Shown here: positions 34,524 to 45,741 of the stretch, piece after piece
How the letters are laid out: each line of letters begins with the position of its first letter
How positions within the stretch are numbered: the stretch's first letter is position 1
DNA from: Gemmatimonadota bacterium
GTDB lineage: Bacteria; Gemmatimonadota; Gemmatimonadetes; Gemmatimonadales; GWC2-71-9
Direction: 5' to 3'
NCBI GenBank assembly: GCA_031400975.1
Contig: JANNQX010000131.1
Span: forward strand, 761-64,760
DNA length: 64,000 nt
The notes under the pieces: model-generated
The model's input: only the letters and a program-made list of their open reading frames with translations
The model's database searches: none
Told to the model about the DNA's origin: nothing
Program-made: the position numbers and the translations under genes

Positions 34524-36222
34524 GGTTACCGGTGGAGGCGCCAGCATCGCCCAGATCATGTTCCCGAAATGGCGAAGCGTCTCGGCCCGGATGGCCAAGG
34601 GCCGAAACGAAGCCACGGGGCGAATCGCCCTGCTGCTTGTCATCGGGAGCGCCTTTTGGCTGGGGGCCTTCCTGGTCTTCCACCGCGTCCTCCGATACCT
34701 CGGCACCACGCCGGAAATCGGCGGATTACTCGCGGGCAGGATCCTCAGCATGCTCCTGTTGGCCTTTGCCTCGATCCTTCTCCTCTCCAACTTGGTCACG
34801 TCGCTGTCGACGTTTTTCCTGGCCAAAGACCTCGACATGCTGGTGTCGGCGCCGGTCGATTGGGGCCGCCTGTACCTGGCGAAGATTTTCGAGACACTGG
34901 TGCACTCATCGTGGATGGTCGCGCTGATCCTGGTGCCGATCTTGACGGCATACGGGGTGGTCTACCAGGGGGGGTGGTTCTTCCCGTTGGCTGCTATCGG
35001 CGCGTTGGTCCCGTTTTTCCTGCTCCCGACCATTATTGGGTCGGCGATCACGTTGTCGCTCGTGAATGTCTTTCCGGCTCGCCGAGCCCGGGACTTCCTG
35101 ACCCTGATCGCGATTGGGGCGGCCGGCGCTGTCGTCTTGGCGCTGCGCTTCATGCGCCCCGAACAGCTATCCCGCCCCGAGGGGTTTCGAAGCCTGGTGG
35201 ATTTCGTCGCCGATCTCCAGACCCCAAGTCATCCGCTGATGCCGAGCGAATGGGTGACGAACGCGATCATGAACTGGCTCGAGCGGGTCCGGGATCCCCT
35301 GCCCCTGGTGTTGCTGTGGTCGACCGCGGGAGCCTTTGTCGTCCTCGGCGGGGCGCTCCACAGCCGGCTCTATCCTGGCGCCTTTTCGAAAGCCCAGGAA
35401 GGGGTCGAGAAACACGGGGCGGGACTGCTGTGGCAAAAGTGGGTCGCGGGCGCGCTTGGTTTTCTGCCGGTGACCCGCCGTGAATTCATCATGAAAGACC
35501 TTCGGGTCTTCTTCCGCGATACCACCCAATGGAGCCAACTGATTCTGTTGGCGGTCTTGCTGATCGTGTACGTCTTCAACATCCAGGCCCTCCCGCTGTT
35601 TACCGGCGAGAAGGTGCCGTATTTGTTGATCACCCTCGTGGTTTTCTTGAATCAAGGCCTGGCCGGATTCGTCTTAGCCGCGATCGCGGCCCGTTTCATT
35701 TTTCCATCGGTGTCGCTCGAGGGGCGTCAATTGTGGCTCCTCAAGTCGAGCCCGCTCGACCTCCGAGCCATGCTGTGGAGTAAGTACTGGGTCGGGACCG
35801 CTCCGCTCCTGGTGGTCGCCCTGACGATCACCGTCGTGACCAACGAGATCCTCCGGGCCTCTCCGTTCATGATGTTCTTGAGCGTGATGACGATCGCCTG
35901 CTTTACCATGGCCGCCGGCGCGTTGGCCCTCTCCTTGGGGGTGCTGTTCCCACAATTCGAAACCGAGAATGCCGCCCAAATTCCAACCAGTTTCGGCGGG
36001 CTGGTGTTCATGATGGGCGCCATCCTCCTGCTGGCGGGGATCATCATCGTCGAGGCCCGCCCGGTCGCCGCCCATTTGCAGGCGTACCAGGAGGGCGTCG
36101 CCACGAATGGCTTTACCGGTGACCTTTGGTGGGCGATGGCCAAGGTGTTCCTGCTCTGCGCGGCCGCCACGATCATTCCCTTGCACCAGAGCATCAAACG
36201 ATTGGAGTCCCTCGAGGTCTAA
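34516..36222 (+). CDS. polytopic membrane protein, putative ABC exporter permease
   Basis: 568 aa with many hydrophobic helices. It overlaps the 3' end of the ATPase gene by 8 nt. Confidence 0.7.
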   Translation: MTEVTGGGASIAQIMFPKWRSVSARMAKGRNEATGRIALLLVIGSAFWLGAFLVFHRVLRYLGTTPEIGGLLAGRILSMLLLAFASILLLSNLVTSLSTFFLAKDLDMLVSAPVDWGRLYLAKIFETLVHSSWMVALILVPILTAYGVVYQGGWFFPLAAIGALVPFFLLPTIIGSAITLSLVNVFPARRARDFLTLIAIGAAGAVVLALRFMRPEQLSRPEGFRSLVDFVADLQTPSHPLMPSEWVTNAIMNWLERVRDPLPLVLLWSTAGAFVVLGGALHSRLYPGAFSKAQEGVEKHGAGLLWQKWVAGALGFLPVTRREFIMKDLRVFFRDTTQWSQLILLAVLLIVYVFNIQALPLFTGEKVPYLLITLVVFLNQGLAGFVLAAIAARFIFPSVSLEGRQLWLLKSSPLDLRAMLWSKYWVGTAPLLVVALTITVVTNEILRASPFMMFLSVMTIACFTMAAGALALSLGVLFPQFETENAAQIPTSFGGLVFMMGAILLLAGIIIVEARPVAAHLQAYQEGVATNGFTGDLWWAMAKVFLLCAAATIIPLHQSIKRLESLEV

Positions 36223-36348
36223 GACCCACGCTCGCGTTTTTCCTGCCTAGGCCCCCGATTTCTTGGTTGACGGTCGGTCCGCACCTCCCCCTACCATGGT
36301 CAGCGTGTCGCGGACGATCCGCGACTCACCACCACAAGGAGGGGGAGA

Positions 36349-37599
36349 ATGACGCACCACCGCTTGTTACAGGGAGCGCTGTTCGGTCTGCTACTGGCCG
36401 CCTGTGCTTCGCCGGACGAGTCCGGCCCCAGCACGCCAAGCCTGTCACCCGACGGGCTCTCCAACCAGGAGGGGCCGGCAGCGGCGCACCAGAACGATCC
36501 CGAGCGGAGTCGGCACGACCGGCTGGCTCGGCGGGTGGCCCGGGCCCTCCGAGACTCCGACTTTCGCCAGGCCGTGTTCCAGGAAATCGCGACGTCCGGG
36601 TTCGCGGAAAAGAAGGTCCATCTCCAGGCGTTTATGGCCAAGGATGGAGGCCGCTCGCGGCGGCGGATGGCCGAGTTGGCCGGCGACGCCGACCAGGCGG
36701 TTCAGGCCGACCTCGATCAGGGACCAGCGATCGAGATGTATTTCCCGGTCGCCAGTCACCGTCAGCAATGGGCCGGCGGTTCGAACCTCGTCGTCGCCAC
36801 CGCGGAGCGGGATGGTGAATCACCGGTCGCGTACGACCTCCAGGGCCGACGATTCCAGCTCAGCCCAACCACCCCCCCGACGGGCCCGGTGCTCATGGTC
36901 GAGCGGGCCGAGCTCCGATTCGACCGCGGGCCGGCGGCGATCGGGGAGTGCATCATTGATTGCGGTGGTGGCACCGGTGGCGGCACCGGTGCCGGTGGAA
37001 CCACAACCCCAGGTGTTTACATGACGGCCGCGAAGTTCTCCGGCACCTTCGAGAGCTGGTTCAAGGGCAACCCTGAGTTCGAGGTTCATGTCCTGGGGCA
37101 AGCCGGGACGACCAACACCATGACCACGCACCAGTGCGCCGGTGAGCGGGCCCTCGGAGCGAATCATTTCGATCAAAACTCTACCAGCTGGACTGGGAGC
37201 GTGCTCCTGTTCAGCTCGGCTCAGTTCGATCAATACCGAGCCCAACATCCGGGGCAGAATCTCCGGGTCTTCGTCGTCGAAGACGATGACACGGCGTGCG
37301 AAATCAAGATCGACTCGACCAGAACCTCCAACCTGTTCAAAGCCGTCAAGGCGGTCTACGGCGATTGGACCGGGGCCCACGACACAACCACAGCCTCGGG
37401 CATACGGCTCGTGAAGACTGCCCCGAACCTCCTGACTTTTATCAAGGCGATCTTGTCGTGGTTCAAGACGAACGACGACCCCGTGGGCAACGCGGTCGAG
37501 GATCCGATCCAGGCCGGTGCCATTCTGACGGGAGCCAACTGGGTGGTGAAGGGCGAGAGCGCAACAACCAACGGCGCAATCAAACTAGAATACCGTTAG
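36349..37599 (+). CDS. hypothetical lipoprotein
   Basis: 416 aa with a signal peptide and lipobox (LLLAAC). It has a Gly/Thr linker (GGGTGGGTGAGGTT). I recognise no family. Confidence 0.6.
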   Translation: MTHHRLLQGALFGLLLAACASPDESGPSTPSLSPDGLSNQEGPAAAHQNDPERSRHDRLARRVARALRDSDFRQAVFQEIATSGFAEKKVHLQAFMAKDGGRSRRRMAELAGDADQAVQADLDQGPAIEMYFPVASHRQQWAGGSNLVVATAERDGESPVAYDLQGRRFQLSPTTPPTGPVLMVERAELRFDRGPAAIGECIIDCGGGTGGGTGAGGTTTPGVYMTAAKFSGTFESWFKGNPEFEVHVLGQAGTTNTMTTHQCAGERALGANHFDQNSTSWTGSVLLFSSAQFDQYRAQHPGQNLRVFVVEDDDTACEIKIDSTRTSNLFKAVKAVYGDWTGAHDTTTASGIRLVKTAPNLLTFIKAILSWFKTNDDPVGNAVEDPIQAGAILTGANWVVKGESATTNGAIKLEYR

Positions 37600-37610
37600 G
37601 CAGGCCACCT

Positions 37611-37640
37611 GGAGCGGGTTCCGGCCCGCTCCATTCGTTT
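37611..37640. terminator. stem-loop between convergent genes (likely bidirectional terminator)
   Basis: GGAGCGGG (37611-37618) and CCCGCTCC (37625-37632) form a perfect 8-bp G+C-rich stem with loop TTCCGG, followed by ATTCGTTTG. It lies between the lipoprotein stop (37599) and the ccmE stop (37644). Confidence 0.6.
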
Positions 37641-37643
37641 GCC

Positions 37644-38081
37644 TCAGGTCTGGGCTTTGATCTGCTTGGAGAGCTTCGACAACTCCGACTCGTACTTCGA
37701 TCCGCACTTCGCCAGGACCTCGGTCGCGTGGAACACGCCGTCGCGGCCCAGTTTCCCGGCCATGATCACTTCAATTTCGTTTTCGTCGGTGAAGGTATCC
37801 GGAACGATTCCTTGGTAGGTGACCGGAAACCGCCCATTGCTGTCGGAGACCACGAAGGTAATCCGCTGATTCTGGCGATCGCGCTCGATCGAGCCTCGAA
37901 CCACGTTCGCGCCGACTTTGAGCCCGACATCGTGGAATGAGGGGTCGGTTTCGGTTCGGGCCAGCAACTCGGACGGACTCAAGAAATAGACGCCCGTTTG
38001 GCTGACGCCAGTGTAGATCAGCATGACAATGGCGGCGACAATGACCGTCGCGCCGACGGCGAATTTGGTTCCGGGTTTCAT
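37644..38081 (-). CDS. ccmE: cytochrome c maturation haem chaperone CcmE, Cys (CxxxY) variant
   Basis: 145 aa from ATG 38081 (MKPGTKFAVGATVIVAAIVMLIY...). CcmE core: YFLSPSEL, ITFVVSD...VTYQGIVPDTF. The sequence VLAKCGSKYE stands where canonical CcmE has LAKHDENY. Confidence 0.85.
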   Translation of the reverse strand: MKPGTKFAVGATVIVAAIVMLIYTGVSQTGVYFLSPSELLARTETDPSFHDVGLKVGANVVRGSIERDRQNQRITFVVSDSNGRFPVTYQGIVPDTFTDENEIEVIMAGKLGRDGVFHATEVLAKCGSKYESELSKLSKQIKAQT

Positions 38082-38103
38082 AGTATCTAAGGTAGCAAGA
38101 ATG

Positions 38104-39579
38104 TCAGGTCCGTGCCCAGTGCAAGGCCGCCGAGACCGCCCGATCCCATGAACGGAGGATGAAGGTGCGTTCAGAGTCCGCCATCTGCGGGAAGAACGAC
38201 CGGTAGCGCCGGGTCGACCCAAACTCGGCCGTTCCGGGCCAGACCCCTACGGCCAGGCCGGCCAGGGCCGCCGCCCCAAGCGCGGTGGTTTCGGCCAGAT
38301 CGGGCCGTTCAACCGGGACCCCCAGGACATCAGCCTGAAACTGCATCAGCCAGTCATTGGCGGCCGCCCCGCCGTCAACTCGAAGCCGAGGTACGTCGAG
38401 ACCGGTCCCGCCAACCATCGCCTCCAGGAGCTCTCGGCTGGAGAGGGCGATGCTCTCCAAAGCGGCCCGCACCAGGTGGGCTTGGGTCGTTCCTCGGGTG
38501 AGGCCGGTGATCATCCCCCGCGCCGCCGGCTCCCAATGGGGCGAGCCAAGGCCGACGAAGGCGGGGACGAACGCGACCCCGCCGGTATCAGGGATCGATC
38601 GAGCCAGCGCTTCCGACTCAGCCGCGGTGTCAAACAGGCCAAGCCCGTCCCGGAGCCACTGGATCGCGGCGCGCCAGCGATAAAGACGCTCCCCTCCAGC
38701 GCATACCCCACGCCGCCCGAGTCGGTGCACGCAACGGTCGCGAGCAGACCCGGCGGAGGGTCGGGGATCGAGTCGCCGGCATACACCAGAAGAAAGGCGC
38801 TGGTACCGTAGGTGTTCTGCCATTCCGGCCTGCACGCATCCTTGGCCGAAGAGAGCGGCCTGTTGGTCACCGGCGATCCCCGCGATCGGGATCGACGTCC
38901 CCAATAGGCCCGGACGCGACTCGCCGAGGATGCCGCTCGACCGGACGATGTCAGGGAGGATTTCAACCGGAATGTCGAACAGGGCCAGTAACTCGGGGTC
39001 GAATTGGCCGGTGGGGAGCGAGTACAGCAGGGTCCGGGATGCGTTGGTCGGATCGGTGACGTGGCAGATGCCTCCAGTCAGATTGGCGACGATCCACGAA
39101 TCGACCGTCCCAAATGCCAACTCGCCTCGGCCGGCCCGGCGGCGGACGACCGGATCGCGGAGCATGGCCTCGAGTTTGGCGGCTGAAAAATACGGGTCGA
39201 GCAGCAGTCCGGTTTTCTCGCGGACCACCGGTTCGACCCCTAGAGCTCTGAGTTCGCTACAGCGCTGAGCGGTCCGCCGATCCTGCCAGACAATGGCGGG
39301 CCCCACCGGTTCGAGGGTTCGCCGGTCCCAGAGGACGATGGTCTCCCGCTGGTTGGTGATTCCGATCGCGGCCGGCTGCTCACCGGCCGCGGCGATGGCT
39401 TCACGAGCCGACCGGAGCAGACTGTCGATCAGGTCTCGGGGGTCATGCTCCACCTGGCCGGGTTCGGGGAAATGCTGGGGGAACTCGTGCTGGGCTTGGG
39501 CAAGCACTCGACCGTCTTGGTGCACCATGATGGCCCGAGAACTGGTGGTGCCCTGATCGAGGGCGAGAATGCTTGTCAT
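38104..39579 (-). CDS. glpK: glycerol kinase; ORF is open but about 47 internal codons are read outside the conserved frame (compensated double frameshift)
   Basis: The N-terminus (LALDQGTTSSRAI) and C-terminal half (IQWLRDGL...VPAFVGLGSPHW...LRVDGGAAANDWLMQFQADVLG) are canonical FGGY kinase sequence. The conserved block NTYGTSAFLLV...GLLATVAC...YALEGSVFIAGA is encoded only in the alternative frame (ORF-track entry 38511..38966). Confidence 0.85.
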   Translation of the reverse strand: MTSILALDQGTTSSRAIMVHQDGRVLAQAQHEFPQHFPEPGQVEHDPRDLIDSLLRSAREAIAAAGEQPAAIGITNQRETIVLWDRRTLEPVGPAIVWQDRRTAQRCSELRALGVEPVVREKTGLLLDPYFSAAKLEAMLRDPVVRRRAGRGELAFGTVDSWIVANLTGGICHVTDPTNASRTLLYSLPTGQFDPELLALFDIPVEILPDIVRSSGILGESRPGLLGTSIPIAGIAGDQQAALFGQGCVQAGMAEHLRYQRLSSGVCRRLDPRPSAGSARDRCVHRLGRRGVCAGGERLYRWRAAIQWLRDGLGLFDTAAESEALARSIPDTGGVAFVPAFVGLGSPHWEPAARGMITGLTRGTTQAHLVRAALESIALSSRELLEAMVGGTGLDVPRLRVDGGAAANDWLMQFQADVLGVPVERPDLAETTALGAAALAGLAVGVWPGTAEFGSTRRYRSFFPQMADSERTFILRSWDRAVSAALHWART

Positions 39580-40730
39580 GACAGATCCGGGTAGGCCCGC
39601 GCCAACGGGAAGGAACTCGGGGCCATTTCGTGGACCGCCCAGGCTCCAACCCGCCGGCGCACGTCGGCCGGCACGTCGCCGTGGCGGTCGGCCGTTCCGC
39701 GGACGAACAACTCCGCGTCAACCTGAAGGAGGTGCGGCGGATGCATTTCGAACAGTCCCTGATGCGTCTGCATGTAGGCAAATCCGCATTTTTCAACGAC
39801 CAGCGAGATTTCCGGCTCCGACAACGGCGCCATCCCGAGGAACGCCGCGACTTGCCTCACGATGCTGGGAAGATCCCGCTTCATGTCCTCGAACAGGACC
39901 ACCAGCACGTTGCCGTCGCGAGCCGAACGCTCCCACCACCCGGCGACGTGCTGAGGCCAGGTGCCCCACCACATCTGATTCGGATCGGTGAACCAGGCCT
40001 CGAACGCGGGCAGGGCCGGCGCCAAGGCCCCCACGTTGGTGGTCACAAAATCGACGCAACTGGCAAAGCACGCGACGGGATGCCGGGCGACGTAAATGAA
40101 GCGAGCGGCCGCGTCGCGGGGGCACAACGCGGCCGGCAGGTGGGTCTTGATGACCCGGGCGGCCCGTTCCCGGCCGAGGAGCGGTGCGCGGTCGATCGGA
40201 ACACTCTTGCGGCCCTCAAGCCAGCAGGATTGCGAGTACAGTGTCGTGCCGGTGGCGACGAGATCGCCACGACCGCGGTTGACCACTTCATACACAACGT
40301 GCTGCATCCAGGTCGTGCCACACTTCATTTGGGTCACCACGAAGACGTCTTCGGGTCGGGGCCGGTAGGCGGCGGCCGCCGCGAAAGTCTCCGCCGAGCA
40401 ACTTCCCGACGGCCCGGCCATGCCGCGATACTGGAAACCGGCCGTCCGAAAGTCGAGCCGCATCCACCGTCTGGCCAGGCGGAGGATCGGGGCCAAGAGC
40501 CGAGCCTGAATGCGGAGCGTCCGCTTGAACCGGTTCCGTTCCGCGGTGGAAAGGCCGTAGTAGCGAAGTCCCACCGTTCGCTCGTCCCCCCACCGGAGAA
40601 CGATGGAGAGAGAGAGGACCTGGAGGACCGCGAATCCGCCGGCGCCGGCCGCCAGCCAGCCCAAGGGCCCCATCGAGCAACGTCTCCGGGAGAGAGTCCT
40701 GGAATGATAGCCTCCACAGAGGTGATCCAA
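39576..40730 (-). CDS. membrane-anchored sulfotransferase-domain protein
   Basis: It has the PAPS-binding 5'-PSB-like motif VVTQMKCGTTWMQHVVYEV and an N-terminal TM helix. An alternative start is ATG 40673. The stop overlaps the glpK start (ATGA). Confidence 0.75.
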   Translation of the reverse strand: MDHLCGGYHSRTLSRRRCSMGPLGWLAAGAGGFAVLQVLSLSIVLRWGDERTVGLRYYGLSTAERNRFKRTLRIQARLLAPILRLARRWMRLDFRTAGFQYRGMAGPSGSCSAETFAAAAAYRPRPEDVFVVTQMKCGTTWMQHVVYEVVNRGRGDLVATGTTLYSQSCWLEGRKSVPIDRAPLLGRERAARVIKTHLPAALCPRDAAARFIYVARHPVACFASCVDFVTTNVGALAPALPAFEAWFTDPNQMWWGTWPQHVAGWWERSARDGNVLVVLFEDMKRDLPSIVRQVAAFLGMAPLSEPEISLVVEKCGFAYMQTHQGLFEMHPPHLLQVDAELFVRGTADRHGDVPADVRRRVGAWAVHEMAPSSFPLARAYPDLS

Positions 40731-40743
40731 CTACTTTTCCCCA

Positions 40744-41526
40744 ATGACCTACCCCACCATTCTTTTCGAGATCCGGGACGGCATTGCCGTCATCACGATC
40801 AACCGCCCCGACAAGCTCAACGCCCTCAACGCTCAGGTCATCTCCGATCTCGGCGGGGCGATCGACCGGGTTCGCCAACTCCCGGAAATCCGGGCGGCCA
40901 TCATCACGGGGGCTGGGCCGAAGGCCTTCGTGGCCGGCGCCGACATCGCGGAGTTTCGGGACCTCAAGGGCATCGCCGCCAGGCGGCTTTCCGCCAAGGG
41001 ATCGGGAATCTTCCGGAGCATTGAGAAGAGCTCCAAGCCCTATCTCGCGGCGGTCAACGGATTCGCCCTCGGCGGCGGGTGCGAATTGGCGATGGCCTGC
41101 CACATCCGGTTGGCTTCCGAGAACGCCCGATTCGGCCAGCCGGAGGTGAAGCTTGGGATCCCGCCCGGCTACGGCGGGACGATCCGGCTCGGTCGATTGA
41201 TCGGCAAGGGTCGGGCGCTCGAGCTGTTGACCAGCGGCGGCATGATCGACGCCCATGAGGCCGACCGGATCGGCCTCGTCAATCGGGTCTACCCGGCCGA
41301 CCAACTGCTGGCCGAGACCGAAAAGCTGGCCCGCACGATCATCGCCAATGCCCCGCTCGCGGTCGCCGCGTGTATCGAACTGGCCAACCTGTCGGAAACC
41401 ATGTCGATCGATGACGCGCTGACCCTGGAGACGACCATGTTCGGCGTCCTGTTCGAAACCGACGACGCCTCCGAGGGAGCCCGGGCGTTCCTCGAAAAGC
41501 GGCCCCCGAAGTTCGAGGGCAAATAG
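40744..41526 (+). CDS. enoyl-CoA hydratase/isomerase (crotonase) family protein
   Basis: 260 aa with crotonase patterns: ITINRPDKLNAL, FVAGADI.EF, AAVNGFALGGGCELAMACHIR, FGQPEVKLGI.PG.GGT. Confidence 0.92.
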   Translation: MTYPTILFEIRDGIAVITINRPDKLNALNAQVISDLGGAIDRVRQLPEIRAAIITGAGPKAFVAGADIAEFRDLKGIAARRLSAKGSGIFRSIEKSSKPYLAAVNGFALGGGCELAMACHIRLASENARFGQPEVKLGIPPGYGGTIRLGRLIGKGRALELLTSGGMIDAHEADRIGLVNRVYPADQLLAETEKLARTIIANAPLAVAACIELANLSETMSIDDALTLETTMFGVLFETDDASEGARAFLEKRPPKFEGK

Positions 41527-41566
41527 GGTAGAATCCACGCCGCCGCCCGGCTAAATTTCCGGTTCT

Positions 41567-42660
41567 ATGCGGGCAGTCCGAATCGAGGCCAGCGGCTTCA
41601 GAAACTTGGCGCGCCTCGACCTCGCGCTGCCCCCGGGCGGAGCGGTTTTCCTGGGTCATAACGGCCACGGCAAAACCAATCTGTTGGAATTGCTTTATTA
41701 CCCTGTGTTGTACCGAAGCGTGCGGGGCGCCCGCGATGCCGACCTCGTCCAGTTCGGTGAACCGGGTTTCCACGTGGCCATCGAGTTCGAGCGGCACCAC
41801 CGAGCGGTACGGCTCGAGGCTGGCTATCTCACCGCCGGCCGGCGGAAGCGGTTGGTCGCCGACGGGGCCGAGGCCGAACGGGTCAGTCAGTCGCTTGGGG
41901 AGTGGTTGGCGGTGGCGTTTCTCCCCGGCGACGTCAGCCTCGTTTCCGGCGGAGCCAGCGAACGGCGCCAGTTTCTCGACCGAACGCTCGCCCTAGCCGA
42001 TCCGGGCTACCTCCGGGCCCTCCGCCAATACCGCGGGGCGTTGATGCAACGGAACGCCGCGCTGAAGCGGCAGGAGGCCGATACGGCAGCGGCCTTCGAT
42101 CCGGCGTTGGCGCGCTTTGGGTCGGCCGTGGTCACCGCCAGGATGGCCTGGTGTGAACAGTACGGGCCGAGTTGGACGGATACGTGCAACGCCCTCGGGG
42201 AGTCGATGCCGGTGAAATTGCAGTATCGGGGTCGAGCGGAGCTGGCGTCGCCGGAGGGCTGGGCCGGGGCGCTGGCGGCCAATCGGAGGCGGGATCTCGC
42301 GCTCGGGATGACGCATGCCGGGCCGCACCGAGACGACCTAACGCTGGCGCTCGGGGCAGCCCCGCTTCGGGTGGCGGGGTCGACCGGGCAGCAACGCACG
42401 GCGGCCATCGCGCTCAAGCTGTGCGAGCGCGACACCTTCGAGGCCGCTCATGGCGACGCGCCGGCCCTGCTGCTCGACGACGTGTTCGCGGAGCTCGACA
42501 GCGAGCGTCAGGACCGGCTGGCGGCCCGGCTCCGGCTGGGATCGGCACCCCAGGTGTTCGTGACGGCCCCGCGGCCCGAAGAGCTTCCGGCCGCTCTCGA
42601 CCTGCCGATCTATCGGGTCATCCAAGGCTCGGTGGCGCCCCAACGGGAATGGGAACCGGT

Positions 42661-42664
<4 letters not shown>
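41567..42664 (+). CDS. recF: DNA replication/repair protein RecF
   Basis: 365 aa with Walker A GHNGHGKTNLLE, the signature GSTGQQRTAAIALKL and Walker B LLLDDVFAELD. Synteny is recF-DUF721-gyrB. Confidence 0.92.
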
Positions 42665-44935
<2,271 letters not shown>

Positions 44936-44958
44936 GGACGGCAGAGGGGCGGCCTAGC

Positions 44959-45741
44959 CTACGACCTACCCCCTTTGGTCAACTGGCGTTCGAAGCACCG
45001 CAGCACCCATCCGAACCCCCCGGTCGCCCGAATCGTCTGAGGGGGTTCGTTGGCGCAGCGCTTGAGCAGACGGCGAAGGGCCGATCCCGAGGAGAATCCG
45101 AGCGACCGCGCAATGACGGCCACGGTTTCAGTCGTTTTCTCGAGCCGATACGCCGCGACCAGGGCCTTGCTCCACATCACCAGCGAGCTGACGGGCGGGA
45201 GACCGGCCCGCTTGAGTTGAGCGGCAAGGGCCTTGCTGGTGAGCCCGACAACGCGAGCCACCACCTCAACGCGCGGCGCGCTGGCGGCGTGATCAAGACA
45301 GAAGCGAACCACCGGAATGAACGGAACCGGAACCCGCCGATGGAGGGCCTGGTCGGTAAGTTGTTGGAAGGCCACGTCGCTGGCCCGAGAAACCGCCGAT
45401 AGCAGCCGTCGCTCAAAGTCGGTCTCGCCTCGGACAATGATCGCCGACAGGCCGGCCTCCATCATCGCGGTTAAGGTTGCCCCATCCAGACCGGCCCGAT
45501 CACACCAGAGGATGATCGGAAGATCGGGTCGTCGCTCCCGAATCCGAGCCATGGCGGGCACCGATGACACGCCCGACCGGTCAATGACATCGACGATGAC
45601 CGCGAGCGCTTCGCGCGCCGAGGCCCGAATCATCAAGTCGTCCAAATCATCACACCAGACAATGTCGCCGAAGGCCTTGCAGGCCTCCGCAAACCGAGGC
45701 CGAAGGGCGACGTGTTCGAGCTGGACCAGCAAATGATGCAT
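44959..45741 (-). CDS. transcriptional regulator with receiver-like N-terminal region and AraC-type HTH C-terminus
   Basis: The C-terminus (VARVVGLTSKALAAQLKRAGLP...VIARSLGFSSGSALRRLLKR) looks like a double HTH of AraC type. I chose ATG 45741 (MHHLLVQ...) as the start; the ORF track extends to 45906. Confidence 0.55.
   Translation of the reverse strand: MHHLLVQLEHVALRPRFAEACKAFGDIVWCDDLDDLMIRASAREALAVIVDVIDRSGVSSVPAMARIRERRPDLPIILWCDRAGLDGATLTAMMEAGLSAIIVRGETDFERRLLSAVSRASDVAFQQLTDQALHRRVPVPFIPVVRFCLDHAASAPRVEVVARVVGLTSKALAAQLKRAGLPPVSSLVMWSKALVAAYRLEKTTETVAVIARSLGFSSGSALRRLLKRCANEPPQTIRATGGFGWVLRCFERQLTKGGRS

Noticed and set aside
36961-37000. GGTGGC/ACCGGT-rich reiterated DNA inside the lipoprotein gene.
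   Set aside because: It simply encodes a Gly/Thr linker (GGGTGGGTGAGGTT). This is low-complexity coding sequence rather than a structured repeat element.
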